64,000 bases of DNA, from assembly GCA_024276605.1 (NCBI GenBank), contig JAJRWX010000098.1, positions 11,113 to 75,112 on the forward strand. The letters run 5' to 3'. The number at the start of each line of letters is the position of its first letter. Positions within the stretch are counted from its first letter, which is position 1. The position numbers and the translations under genes are program-made. Origin of the DNA: Planctomycetota bacterium (GTDB taxonomy: Bacteria > Planctomycetota > Phycisphaerae > UBA1845). This document shows positions 17,778-26,462 of this stretch, in pieces. The notes under the pieces were generated by a model. The model was not told where the DNA came from. It saw nothing but the letters and a program-made list of their open reading frames with translations, and made no database searches.

Positions 17778-18908
17778 CTACGACTTCACCGTCATCCGAT
17801 GCGTAGGCTCCGGCTTACCAGGTCGAAAATGTTCCAGGTGAACAATCTCAGTTGATACACCATGCCCGGCCCGAACACACGTATCCAAAGTTTGCATGGT
17901 CATGTCGCATAGCAGTTGCGGCTGAGCTTCAGCACGAAGATTTATTATTAGCTCGCCGCCGCCAATACGATCGTGTAGCGATTCTCGCAGGTCTACAGCT
18001 TCTTCACTACTGACCAAGCTAACCACCGACAGGTTACCCGTCTCGTCTCCGGCGTCCAGCGTCATCTTCAAATGAGCGATCTCAATATCAAGGTCTGACA
18101 ACTTGCTACGAATCTCGTTAGCAAAAGCCACCAGCATCGTGTTGGCATCGAATAACTGCTTGCTGGCTAATCGGATGGTTCCGTTTAGCCAACCTAGCAG
18201 CGCCTCACCCTCTGCATACGTTTCGTAATCCACTTCCATCGTAGTTGCCGATACGGGTTCTCCCGACATCAGGCAGGCAAACCATTCATCCAATCCATCA
18301 CCCGATTTTGCTGAACATGTAAGCACCTTTGTATGGGGATACAATTTATGCAACGAAGTCGACAATTCTATTTGTAACGTCTCTGCAACATGATCGCATT
18401 TGTTGATAACGATGAGGTCGGCTTCTTCAAGTTGCTTGCGATACACATAGCAAACCTTGGAAGAAAAGGATCGACCCTTGGATAAGCCAAGAATTCTGGC
18501 ACACCGCTCGGGATCAACCACCACGCTTAATGGTGCTATAGTAAAACGATCACCATAAATACGTCGTAACGGATAACTAACCGTCGCGACAAGATCAGTA
18601 CAACTGCCGACAGGCTCAGCTATAAAAACATCCGGCTTGGCGGTTTCGCTTAATTTATTAGCCGCTTCAACCAGCGAATTGAACCGACAGCAGAAACACC
18701 CACCGGCGATTTCTTCCACGTCAAAGCCTTGCGAACGTAGTAGCGCCGTATCCACAAGTCCGGTACTCTGATCGTTGCTAATGAGGCCAATGCGCAGTCC
18801 CCGCTTGAGAAGATAACGGCCCAACTTGGCTACTGCCGTAGTTTTTCCCGCACCGAGAAAGCCGCCGATCATTACGTAACGCGCTTTCGTGTGATCGTGA
18901 TCGCTCAT
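17778..18908 (-). CDS. CobW/COG0523-like G3E metallochaperone GTPase
   Basis: GGFLGAGKTT Walker A, GGCFCC metal motif, AEPVG Walker B region, NKCD. Confidence 0.85.
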   Translation of the reverse strand: MSDHDHTKARYVMIGGFLGAGKTTAVAKLGRYLLKRGLRIGLISNDQSTGLVDTALLRSQGFDVEEIAGGCFCCRFNSLVEAANKLSETAKPDVFIAEPVGSCTDLVATVSYPLRRIYGDRFTIAPLSVVVDPERCARILGLSKGRSFSSKVCYVYRKQLEEADLIVINKCDHVAETLQIELSTSLHKLYPHTKVLTCSAKSGDGLDEWFACLMSGEPVSATTMEVDYETYAEGEALLGWLNGTIRLASKQLFDANTMLVAFANEIRSKLSDLDIEIAHLKMTLDAGDETGNLSVVSLVSSEEAVDLRESLHDRIGGGELIINLRAEAQPQLLCDMTMQTLDTCVRAGHGVSTEIVHLEHFRPGKPEPTHRMTVKS

Positions 18909-19354
18909 GCACTTTTGCCTAACATTTTGTCAATCGTACCGTCAAGCACGGCTACATATCCTTCTACATCCACACAATCATCCGGTGGCGTGCCCTCAAC
19001 AGCATACAGCCAGCCCTCTCCATAAGGGTCGCGCTGCACGGATTCAAGGTTATCATCTAACCCCGGATTTCCACCGGCAAAATTCCCCGCTAGCGGGCAA
19101 AACAAATCCGTCACCGCTTTGAAGCCTTCAATCCAGCCCACGACCATCCCCGCGTGAATCGGTGCTTGCAACTCTACCTCAAAATCAATCTCCACCGGCT
19201 CACCGAGAATCCGCGTGGCAAATTTCGTAAATCCTACATGCCATACGTTATCCGCTTGCTCCTTGAGCCAACAGTGACTTGGTGTGTACAAACGCTCACC
19301 CGGCAACCGCGTTGAAAACCGAGAACGTTTGTACTGTAGATATTCAACTTGCAT
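18905..19354 (-). CDS. Glycine-cleavage-H-like lipoyl-carrier protein (orphan)
   Basis: LYTPSHCW, VGFTKFA..LG, lipoyl-Lys motif IEGFKAV, GGNP.L, DPYGEGWL; no gcvT/gcvP in the window. Confidence 0.85.
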   Translation of the reverse strand: MQVEYLQYKRSRFSTRLPGERLYTPSHCWLKEQADNVWHVGFTKFATRILGEPVEIDFEVELQAPIHAGMVVGWIEGFKAVTDLFCPLAGNFAGGNPGLDDNLESVQRDPYGEGWLYAVEGTPPDDCVDVEGYVAVLDGTIDKMLGKSA

Positions 19355-19394
19355 GACAAATGTCGCGTAATCCCCAAAAAACCCTCAAACAAAA

Positions 19395-19417
19395 TCGCAA
19401 GCGTTTACGACAGTATA
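19395..19417 (-). promoter_or_regulatory. Putative -10 (TATACT) with adjacent LacI-type pseudo-palindrome upstream of the gcvH-like operon
   Basis: Minus-strand TATACT at 19417-19412; TCGCAAGCGTTTACGA (19395-19410) matches its reverse complement at 12 of 16 positions, with a central CG. No convincing -35. Confidence 0.35.
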
Positions 19418-19675
19418 GACCCTTTTCCTTGTCGTTCTCGTTATTGCTATGAGAATCCAAAATATAGTTACAGCAGGCTAATCGATGCGACCTTTTGATT
19501 CAAGGAGGCTACTACAACATGTGCTTTACAATACCATGAACAACAAGTTGCCATCGTAAGGATTTGTAGGAACTTATATGGGACAATGAATCGTCATCTT
19601 CTGCCAATGACTGATAACTGATTTTTCATCAAGCAATAATACAAAAATGAATCAGCGCATGATCACCCATCAGAG

Positions 19676-19696
19676 CCGCACGGCGCAAGCCTGCGG
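19676..19696. repeat. REP-like GC-rich hairpin with GNRA loop
   Basis: CCGCACGGC-GCAA-GCCTGCGG in the intergenic region; single copy in the window. Confidence 0.35.
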
Positions 19697-19889
19697 ATGC
19701 GCGGCGCATAAGCACTAACATCACTATCCCTATCCGTCACCAAGCTCGTCCCGATGTACATCGAGAGTGCTCTGATTATATTCAATTCCGGATATGCACG
19801 CACCGTTAATAAGTGACGAGCCGGCAAACGTTGTGTACTTAAATCAAGAGAAAAGAGATAGGTCGAATCAAAGGCACGACCTTTTTTGA

Positions 19890-22682
19890 TTATCTTTGAG
19901 ACCGAAGTCTAATCGTTCGTCTCACCTTGTCAGTGTCGACTGTTGCCTCGCGTTCTAAAACCTTGTAGGCACATCGATTGATCATCTTACGTTGTGTTCG
20001 CTGAATCCTGCCCTCCGCAATCCACTGGTTAGTAATGGCACTCACGCAGTCAACATAATCTTGAATGAAAAATGTAGGCGGAGGGCACGCTGAAACAACA
20101 TCCCCCATCGTGCAACCAAGATCATCAAGATCGTTAGGTACGCCACTATCACATGGCCCAATCACAATCGTACCAGCCATGTCAGAAGTGGGGCAATAAT
20201 CGCAATTGTTAGATAAGCCATCATCATCGTCATCGGGGGCATCCATGTGGAGTAGTACGGAGACGTTCGATGCACTATCGTCGGTGCGAAAACTATCGCC
20301 ATAGTTAGCCGTAGCCAAATCATTATCACCGTCGCCGTCTAGATCACCAATGGCTACTGAAATAGGTTTATCTCCCACACCATAAAGTTCATGGTTGCCA
20401 AAAGTTCCATCGCCAAGGTTGCGCAGGATTGATATGTTGGCTCCTTTGAAGTTGGTGACGACTAAATCAGGATCACCATCACCGTCCATGTCATCAATAG
20501 CCAAAGAGCTGGGGTCAAACCCTGCTTGGAAACTAACTTCGTTTGAAAACGTGCCACCTCCGAGGTTGAATAAGATGTCAACATTGTCAATGCCACTCCT
20601 AGGACGATGTACGAAGACCAAGTCAAGTTTCCCATCGTTGTTCAAATCGCCTATTACTACATCGTTTGAGCTTGATTTTATTCCTAAGAGTATAAAGTCT
20701 TCAAACGTGCCGTTCCCTCGGTTAAATAAGACCGACATGCTGCCATAATCGGCGCGGGTAGTCGACGCTATATCGACATCACCGTCGCCGTCTAAGTCGC
20801 CAATCGCAAGCTGTCTTGGTTCAAGTCCTGTGTCATACAGTACTTCTTTTGCGAACTTACCGTTCCCAAGGTTTAGCAATATAGATACGTTGTCGCGAAA
20901 CTGGTTAGCCACGGCCAAATCAAGGTCTTCGTCACCGTCAAGATCACCAATAACCACCGATATTGCCCTATTTCCCACCAAGTAGCTTTCCTCGTCTGCA
21001 AATGTGCCGTCGCCTTGATTAAACAATACTGATACGTTGTATTGGCTAGTTACAGCTATATCCAGATCATTGTCGCCGTCCAGGTCGCCGATGGCTAATC
21101 CTAAACCTTGACGTCCGGTATCGTATTCCACCTCATCGACATAAGTGCCGTCGCCATTATTGAGTAAGACCGAAACGCCACCATTAGCTAACGGATTTTC
21201 TATAGCTACGACTAAGTCGAGGTCGCCGTCGCCGTCCAAGTCGCCAATGGCAATAGATCGTGGTTGATCTCCTGCCCTGTAAGGCACATCACTATCAAAC
21301 AAATTGCCGTTGATATTACGTAGGATCGATACACTGTCGCCCACTAGGTTGGCTACAGCTACATCAAGATACCCATCACCGTCCAGATCATCCACGGCTA
21401 CAGAGTAGGGTGTCGCTCCTGCTTCGAAAGTGATGTCATCAAAGAAAGTGCCATCACCACGATTAAGTAAAACTGATATATTGTCCACGTCGAACCAAGC
21501 GTAACCATCGAAGTCTGTGTTCGCGTTGGCTACGATGAGGTCGGGCTTGCCATCGCTGTTCAAGTCGCCAATAGCTAGAGATACTGGTCTTATACCAGTG
21601 TCATAATGTACATCGATTGCGTAAGTTCCGTCGCCATGGTTGAGGTGGACCGCAACACTGTTCTTGTATTTGTTCACTACGGCAAAGTCTAGGTCCATGT
21701 CACCATCTAGGTCTCCAAAGATTATCGAATTAGGTGTCCAAAGGTCATTCCCAAAATATGTGGCGTCAACGAAGGTGCCGTCTCCATTGTTGAACAGTAT
21801 TGAGACATTGTCACTTCTGAAGTTTGCAGTCGCAAGATCAAAGTCCCCATCCCCATCGACATCGCCAATGACTATCGAAACCGGCCCATCTCCCGCTGCG
21901 TATAGTACGTGATCTGCGAAAGTTGCGTTACCATTATTAAGCAGTACCGAAATGTTATCACCAACGGCATTGGCCACTGCGAGATCGAGATCACCATCAC
22001 CGTCCAGGTCTCCTACGGCTATCGACCAAGGGTGATCCCCTCCCTCAATAAAAACATTTTCGTCGAACGTGCCATCGCCGCGATTAAGAAGCAAAGATAT
22101 GCCCTCGGTATTATATTTATTGTGTTGGTTAGCGACGACCAAATCCAGATCACCGTCACCATCGAGGTCGCCAATGGCCACAGATCGTGGACGATCGCCA
22201 ACTGCGTATTGAACATCGTCAGTGAATGTGCCATCTCCACGGCTGAGTAGAACTGAAATATTGCCGCCTTGGGGTGGATAATCGTCATAAGAGTAATTCA
22301 ATACTACCATGTCAATCGCACCGTCGTCATTTAGGTCGCCAGTTGCTACAGCTAAAGGCTGATCTCCCGTCAAGAATTCCGGGTTGGAAAATAGTGGACC
22401 TAGCGTAACGCCACAGGGTTGCTGAGATACAGCAAGATCACGAAAATCAACTTCGCTGCTACGATCATAATTGACAAGCATAGGATCAGAACTCACTTGC
22501 ACGTTACATGAACTTGATAAACATTCGTCTAAGGACAAATGTGTTGAGTAGTGCAGCGTAGCATCAACGTTTAGATTGCCACGAATGCTTGGTGCAACCG
22601 GAAGCCGCCCATCAGCTGCAAAAGAGTTGGAGAACATCATGACGGTGAGAATCGATAAGAGGGACCATCCTTGTCTTTGCAT
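19890..22682 (-). CDS. Secreted FG-GAP/VCBS-repeat beta-propeller protein (14 repeats) with Cys-rich C-terminus
   Basis: Signal peptide MQRQGWSLLSILTVMMFSNSFA; 14 copies of (G/D)D(L/V/M)(D/N)xDxxxD; DDDDDGLSNNCDYCP thrombospondin-type-3-like motif; SD GGAG at 22694-22691. Confidence 0.85.
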   Translation of the reverse strand: MQRQGWSLLSILTVMMFSNSFAADGRLPVAPSIRGNLNVDATLHYSTHLSLDECLSSSCNVQVSSDPMLVNYDRSSEVDFRDLAVSQQPCGVTLGPLFSNPEFLTGDQPLAVATGDLNDDGAIDMVVLNYSYDDYPPQGGNISVLLSRGDGTFTDDVQYAVGDRPRSVAIGDLDGDGDLDLVVANQHNKYNTEGISLLLNRGDGTFDENVFIEGGDHPWSIAVGDLDGDGDLDLAVANAVGDNISVLLNNGNATFADHVLYAAGDGPVSIVIGDVDGDGDFDLATANFRSDNVSILFNNGDGTFVDATYFGNDLWTPNSIIFGDLDGDMDLDFAVVNKYKNSVAVHLNHGDGTYAIDVHYDTGIRPVSLAIGDLNSDGKPDLIVANANTDFDGYAWFDVDNISVLLNRGDGTFFDDITFEAGATPYSVAVDDLDGDGYLDVAVANLVGDSVSILRNINGNLFDSDVPYRAGDQPRSIAIGDLDGDGDLDLVVAIENPLANGGVSVLLNNGDGTYVDEVEYDTGRQGLGLAIGDLDGDNDLDIAVTSQYNVSVLFNQGDGTFADEESYLVGNRAISVVIGDLDGDEDLDLAVANQFRDNVSILLNLGNGKFAKEVLYDTGLEPRQLAIGDLDGDGDVDIASTTRADYGSMSVLFNRGNGTFEDFILLGIKSSSNDVVIGDLNNDGKLDLVFVHRPRSGIDNVDILFNLGGGTFSNEVSFQAGFDPSSLAIDDMDGDGDPDLVVTNFKGANISILRNLGDGTFGNHELYGVGDKPISVAIGDLDGDGDNDLATANYGDSFRTDDSASNVSVLLHMDAPDDDDDGLSNNCDYCPTSDMAGTIVIGPCDSGVPNDLDDLGCTMGDVVSACPPPTFFIQDYVDCVSAITNQWIAEGRIQRTQRKMINRCAYKVLEREATVDTDKVRRTIRLRSQR

Positions 22683-22834
22683 TACTACGCCTCCCAAAAT
22701 ATTCTTCTCAACATTGAATTGAAGATAACCCCTGGCGGAGTTTAACCGAGTGAGGCCATCATACTGAGCGGCATTGTAACATACGACGTATAGTCATTTC
22801 AAGGGAAAGTGGGCAAAATTCAGATTGCAGAACC

Positions 22835-24676
22835 TCAGCTCTTGCGCCTTATACGCCACCGACTTACGCTTAAAGCCAAAATCGTAAGAAAAGTAGCCAG
22901 CAATGCGGTTTGTAGCCGATCGCGCAGATTAATGGGGCCACGGATGACGCCACATTCGATCAATTTTATGTTTGATTCAGGAAGTTCTTCAAGGCGTTGT
23001 TGCCTAAGACTTTGTTGCTGTGATTGTGTGTGTGTGAGTTGTTGTTTGGCAGACGAAGCCTGCTCATCTGCCAATTCCACCGTGACGGATGCACGCAGAA
23101 AGGTATCTGAAAGTCCAATGTTAATGTTGAGGCGTTCTTGAAGATCGAGTAAGTCCATAATACTGGCATCAATTTGGCTTCGAGTAAGTGCGACAGCTTT
23201 CTTGGCTGTCTCTATATCTTTCACATGTTGTTTTTTCGATTGAACCAGTGCTCGTGATTCCAAGTGTTCATCGATTTTATTTATGCGTTGTTTGGATCTA
23301 CGATGCAACCCACGAGACGCGCGGAGTGAAATGTCCAAGCGATAATTGCGGCGAGATTCAATATTGCCGGCTGCGAATTCAAACCGATGGTACAGGGATT
23401 GTAACAGTTGAAAAGAGCGGACCAAATCAGAATACATCACATGAAACCGTGCATCGTTAGCTGAGGAGTCCGCAATCGCCTGCACCTGTCGCCGAGCGCT
23501 TCCCAGCGTTTTACCCGCTTCGAAAAGATAACCGCTAAGCCGACTACGTAGTGATTCGTGTAACCGTGTAAGTGTCGGATTCATGGGGTCAACCACACGA
23601 TGACGAATCGAAAGAAAATCAGTCCGCCAATCACTGGAAAATTTCTCCAAAGTGTTTCGATATTGAGATATCATATCGGAAAGCGCAGGCCATGGCAGTT
23701 TTCCATTTGATGAACCCGTAGTGGATAATGTCTGGGAAAAATTATCCGCTGCCATAACCAATTCATCCAAAATAGGCATGGATTTTTGCCAGACGTTCAG
23801 CAGATGAAGTTTTAGCTCGGACAGATGAACGCGCAGCTCATCCAGGTCTTGTTGTAGCGCCGTGTTAGCCAGATAAGCCTGCTCTCGTTGCTCAGGCGTG
23901 ACGATGCCCATCGCCGGTATAGGCTCTTCTTGTAAAGACCTTAACCGTGCATCGGCACGCAGCCACGCTTGACGGTCATTTGAAAACGCCTCTTTACTTG
24001 TTTTCCAGCGGGTCATCAGTTCGTCTCTCAAAGCGAGCGGGTTGTCCCCTTTGATGTCAGCTAGCGCTAATTCCACCTGTCCTTGCACTTGCTCAAGCTG
24101 CGCCTGCAAAGCGGCGGTTTGTCGAGTAAGCCAATTCTCCTGCTGGGAAGGTTTTTCTCTAGCCAGCCTGAGCTTCTCGTGGATAACTTTGATAAAGGCC
24201 TGCGCGACCGAATCAATGGGCTGTACCGCCGCTAACCCTTTGCGTCCTATCCGACAAAGTGTCAATTGGGTGGCGGAAGGAGACTCAAAAAACCATTGCG
24301 GTTGCGTGCCATCTTCAGAGGTGAATGAGGAATTGTGTTGCCAAATATAGGTCTGTAGTGCTTGGCGATAGTAAGCAAGATCAGCTGTTGGATTCAATCC
24401 CGTCACCACAAAGCGGGCACCGATGACATATTGAAAAGGGGAGGCAAGCAACATGCCTGCGCCAACACATATACCTATGATAATCGTTAGGAACAAACCA
24501 AAATCAGACCGCGATACCGGGCGAGATACAGGTGGTCGGGGTGCGGCGCTTAACGATGGAGATGTCTTTATCTGGGTAGGGGGAATCGTTTCAAAGTGCC
24601 CTGTATGCGGCACGGAAGACCTAATGTCATTGATAGGTTGCATTCCGGAGGCAGAGGAGGGCGAATCAGCCGGCAC
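22835..24676 (-). CDS. Hypothetical membrane protein with two terminal TM helices and a long coiled-coil (Wzz/GumC-like topology)
   Basis: TM FGLFLTIIIGICVGAGMLL; long helical Q/E/L-rich middle; C-terminal TM plus RWRIRRKS. Start uncertain: GTG 24676 has GAGGAG upstream, ATG 24643 is an alternative. Confidence 0.6.
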   Translation of the reverse strand: MPADSPSSASGMQPINDIRSSVPHTGHFETIPPTQIKTSPSLSAAPRPPVSRPVSRSDFGLFLTIIIGICVGAGMLLASPFQYVIGARFVVTGLNPTADLAYYRQALQTYIWQHNSSFTSEDGTQPQWFFESPSATQLTLCRIGRKGLAAVQPIDSVAQAFIKVIHEKLRLAREKPSQQENWLTRQTAALQAQLEQVQGQVELALADIKGDNPLALRDELMTRWKTSKEAFSNDRQAWLRADARLRSLQEEPIPAMGIVTPEQREQAYLANTALQQDLDELRVHLSELKLHLLNVWQKSMPILDELVMAADNFSQTLSTTGSSNGKLPWPALSDMISQYRNTLEKFSSDWRTDFLSIRHRVVDPMNPTLTRLHESLRSRLSGYLFEAGKTLGSARRQVQAIADSSANDARFHVMYSDLVRSFQLLQSLYHRFEFAAGNIESRRNYRLDISLRASRGLHRRSKQRINKIDEHLESRALVQSKKQHVKDIETAKKAVALTRSQIDASIMDLLDLQERLNINIGLSDTFLRASVTVELADEQASSAKQQLTHTQSQQQSLRQQRLEELPESNIKLIECGVIRGPINLRDRLQTALLATFLTILALSVSRWRIRRKS

Positions 24677-25619
24677 GACGATGCTCCTCAAGTAACTGAT
24701 CGATACATAACCGGTCTTCATCCTGCAGCGCCCAGCCAACCCCGCCGGCGTTTTCAATCACCTGGGAAGGACGCTTAGCCCCTATGATGGGTGACGTAAC
24801 ACCGGGGAAAGAGGCCGTCCAATTGATGACTAATTGAGCGACCGTTTTGTCATAGCGCACAGCTATATCCTTGAGCGTAGCTACCAATTTCAAGTTACGA
24901 AGAAACCGATCGCCCAGAAATTCCGGATCATGGGCACGCACATCCTCAAACGTATCCTCAGCCTTAAATTTTCCGGTTAAAAGTCCTTTAGCCAGAGGAC
25001 TGTAGGGGACGACGGCTATCTCGTTGTCCAGGCAATAGGGTAAGAGATCTTCCGCCGCTCTGTAATGAAGCATAGAAAAGGGCGGTTGTAAACAATGTAC
25101 GGGGCCGTACTCCCGCGCGACGGATATTTGCTGGCAACTAAAATTTGATACGCCGATTGCGCGTATCTTTCCAACACGCAGCAATTCAACCAGCGCTTCC
25201 ATGGTTTCTCGAATATCCGTTTCAGGATCGGGCCAGTGGCACTGATAAAGGTCGATGTAGTCCGTTTGAAGGCGTCGTAAGCTCTGCTCGCATTCTCGCA
25301 CAACGCTTTCTCGCGATAGATTACGAGGTGGCAGTTGATCCTTGGACTGAGGAAATAGCAGGCCGCATTTCGTGGCTAAAACAACCTCATCCCGACGACC
25401 GGTGATAGCTTTGCCGACCACCGTTTCGCTATGTCCTAAACCATATATGGGAGCTGTATCAATTAAATTGATACCTGAGTCCAACGCCTGATGAATGGCG
25501 GCTATCGACTCTCGGTCGTCAACATGCCCCCACGTCTCTACAGTGGCACCCATGGCCCAAGTGCCCAGTCCGATGAGGGAAACTTCAAGCCCGCTTTGAC
25601 CAAGTTGGCGTCGATCCAT
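24666..25619 (-). CDS. Aldo/keto reductase
   Basis: LGQSGLEVSLIGLGTW, DTAPIYG, ATKCG, SLRRLQTDYIDLYQCHWPD, GVSNF, YSPLAKGLLTGK. Confidence 0.95.
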   Translation of the reverse strand: MDRRQLGQSGLEVSLIGLGTWAMGATVETWGHVDDRESIAAIHQALDSGINLIDTAPIYGLGHSETVVGKAITGRRDEVVLATKCGLLFPQSKDQLPPRNLSRESVVRECEQSLRRLQTDYIDLYQCHWPDPETDIRETMEALVELLRVGKIRAIGVSNFSCQQISVAREYGPVHCLQPPFSMLHYRAAEDLLPYCLDNEIAVVPYSPLAKGLLTGKFKAEDTFEDVRAHDPEFLGDRFLRNLKLVATLKDIAVRYDKTVAQLVINWTASFPGVTSPIIGAKRPSQVIENAGGVGWALQDEDRLCIDQLLEEHRRAG

Positions 25620-26032
25620 CCTGTGATTTACTCCGGAAGCTAAGCAGTAGGATTCATAAGCCCGGTGTTGGTATACGTCTCATCCCCAAATATGGTAGTA
25701 TTCAACCTACATCTATCGTACAAGGCTCAGACATCTGATACAAGCAAATATAGGTATTCGGTCCGGACATGCCCACAATGGGCTAGCCATTAAAAATAAA
25801 GTGGTAATGGTATATATGAACATACAGGCGATTTCGTGATTTCTACATTCCCACTATAGCAATACTTTTTTCGTTAAACACGACAGGGTAATGATCGCTT
25901 CTGGAGAAAATTCGCTGAATTTTTTCACGACTGGACACGATAGGATAGACGTAGGAATTCAGAAATCATCAGGTATTTTGGCCAAATTGGACTAGGCGGA
26001 GATTGGAAAGATTCCAAAGTAGGGTTTTGTGT

Positions 26033-26060
26033 TTGACAAGCCTGCAACGGTCCTTATACT
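26033..26060 (+). promoter_or_regulatory. Sigma70-type promoter of the tRNA-Thr/tuf operon
   Basis: TTGACA (26033-26038), 16 nt spacer, TATACT (26055-26060). Confidence 0.7.
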
Positions 26061-26216
26061 CGCCCGGCTCTGGTTATGCTTGGGTAGAGCGACCCATCGT
26101 AAGTAACGGATAGGTAGAGACTTGAGAGCCTGTTGCCGTTTGGTGCTTAGCTTACCAGCGAGTGATCAAGGGTGGTCCGCAGGGATTAGTCGAGTTGCGA
26201 GGCGGCAGTACGCAGT

Positions 26217-26289
26217 GCTGCTGTAGCTCAGTTGGTAGAGTGCGTCCTTGGTAAGGACGAGGTCATGGGTTCGAGTCCCATCAGCAGCT
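26217..26289 (+). tRNA. tRNA-Thr(GGT)
   Basis: Acceptor GCTGCTG/CAGCAGC, anticodon arm CGTCC-TTGGTAA-GGACG, T-loop TTCGAGT; CCA not encoded. Confidence 0.97.
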
Positions 26290-26320
26290 GTTGAGAAGGG
26301 TGCTGTGAGGCACCTGCACT

Positions 26321-26346
26321 AAAGTGCCGTCACTAAGGCACTTTTT
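26321..26346 (+). terminator. Intrinsic terminator/attenuator-like hairpin between tRNA-Thr and tuf
   Basis: AAAGTGCC-gtcactaa-GGCACTTT followed by TT. Confidence 0.5.
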
Positions 26347-26462
26347 GATTGGAGCATAAAACGTATCGTTTCGGTGTATCGTCCTCGCCGGCGCGGGGCA
26401 TGTAGGTAGATACTAGGGTTAGTTTCACAATTTGCCCACGAGCGAAGTGGAGGTAGGTTTGA

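Noticed and set aside
9441..19354. Calling the cluster a standard hopanoid (hpn) locus with hpnH
   Set aside because: No hpnCDE, hpnG or other recognizable hpn genes; the cyclase motifs deviate; the radical SAM cannot be assigned to HpnH by eye.
18905..19354. Glycine cleavage system
   Set aside because: No gcvT, gcvP or lpd in the window, and the context is unrelated.
20300..22350. Recurrent DNA motif (TCGCCGTC.AG.TC.CC) that could suggest a CRISPR or tandem array
   Set aside because: The copies are degenerate at synonymous positions and lie in frame within the FG-GAP gene. They are protein repeats, and no cas genes are present.
25620..26216. Long intergenic region next to a tRNA as a possible integration site or ncRNA
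   Set aside because: No integrase, no duplicated tRNA 3' end and no recognizable RNA family. Divergent promoters explain it.
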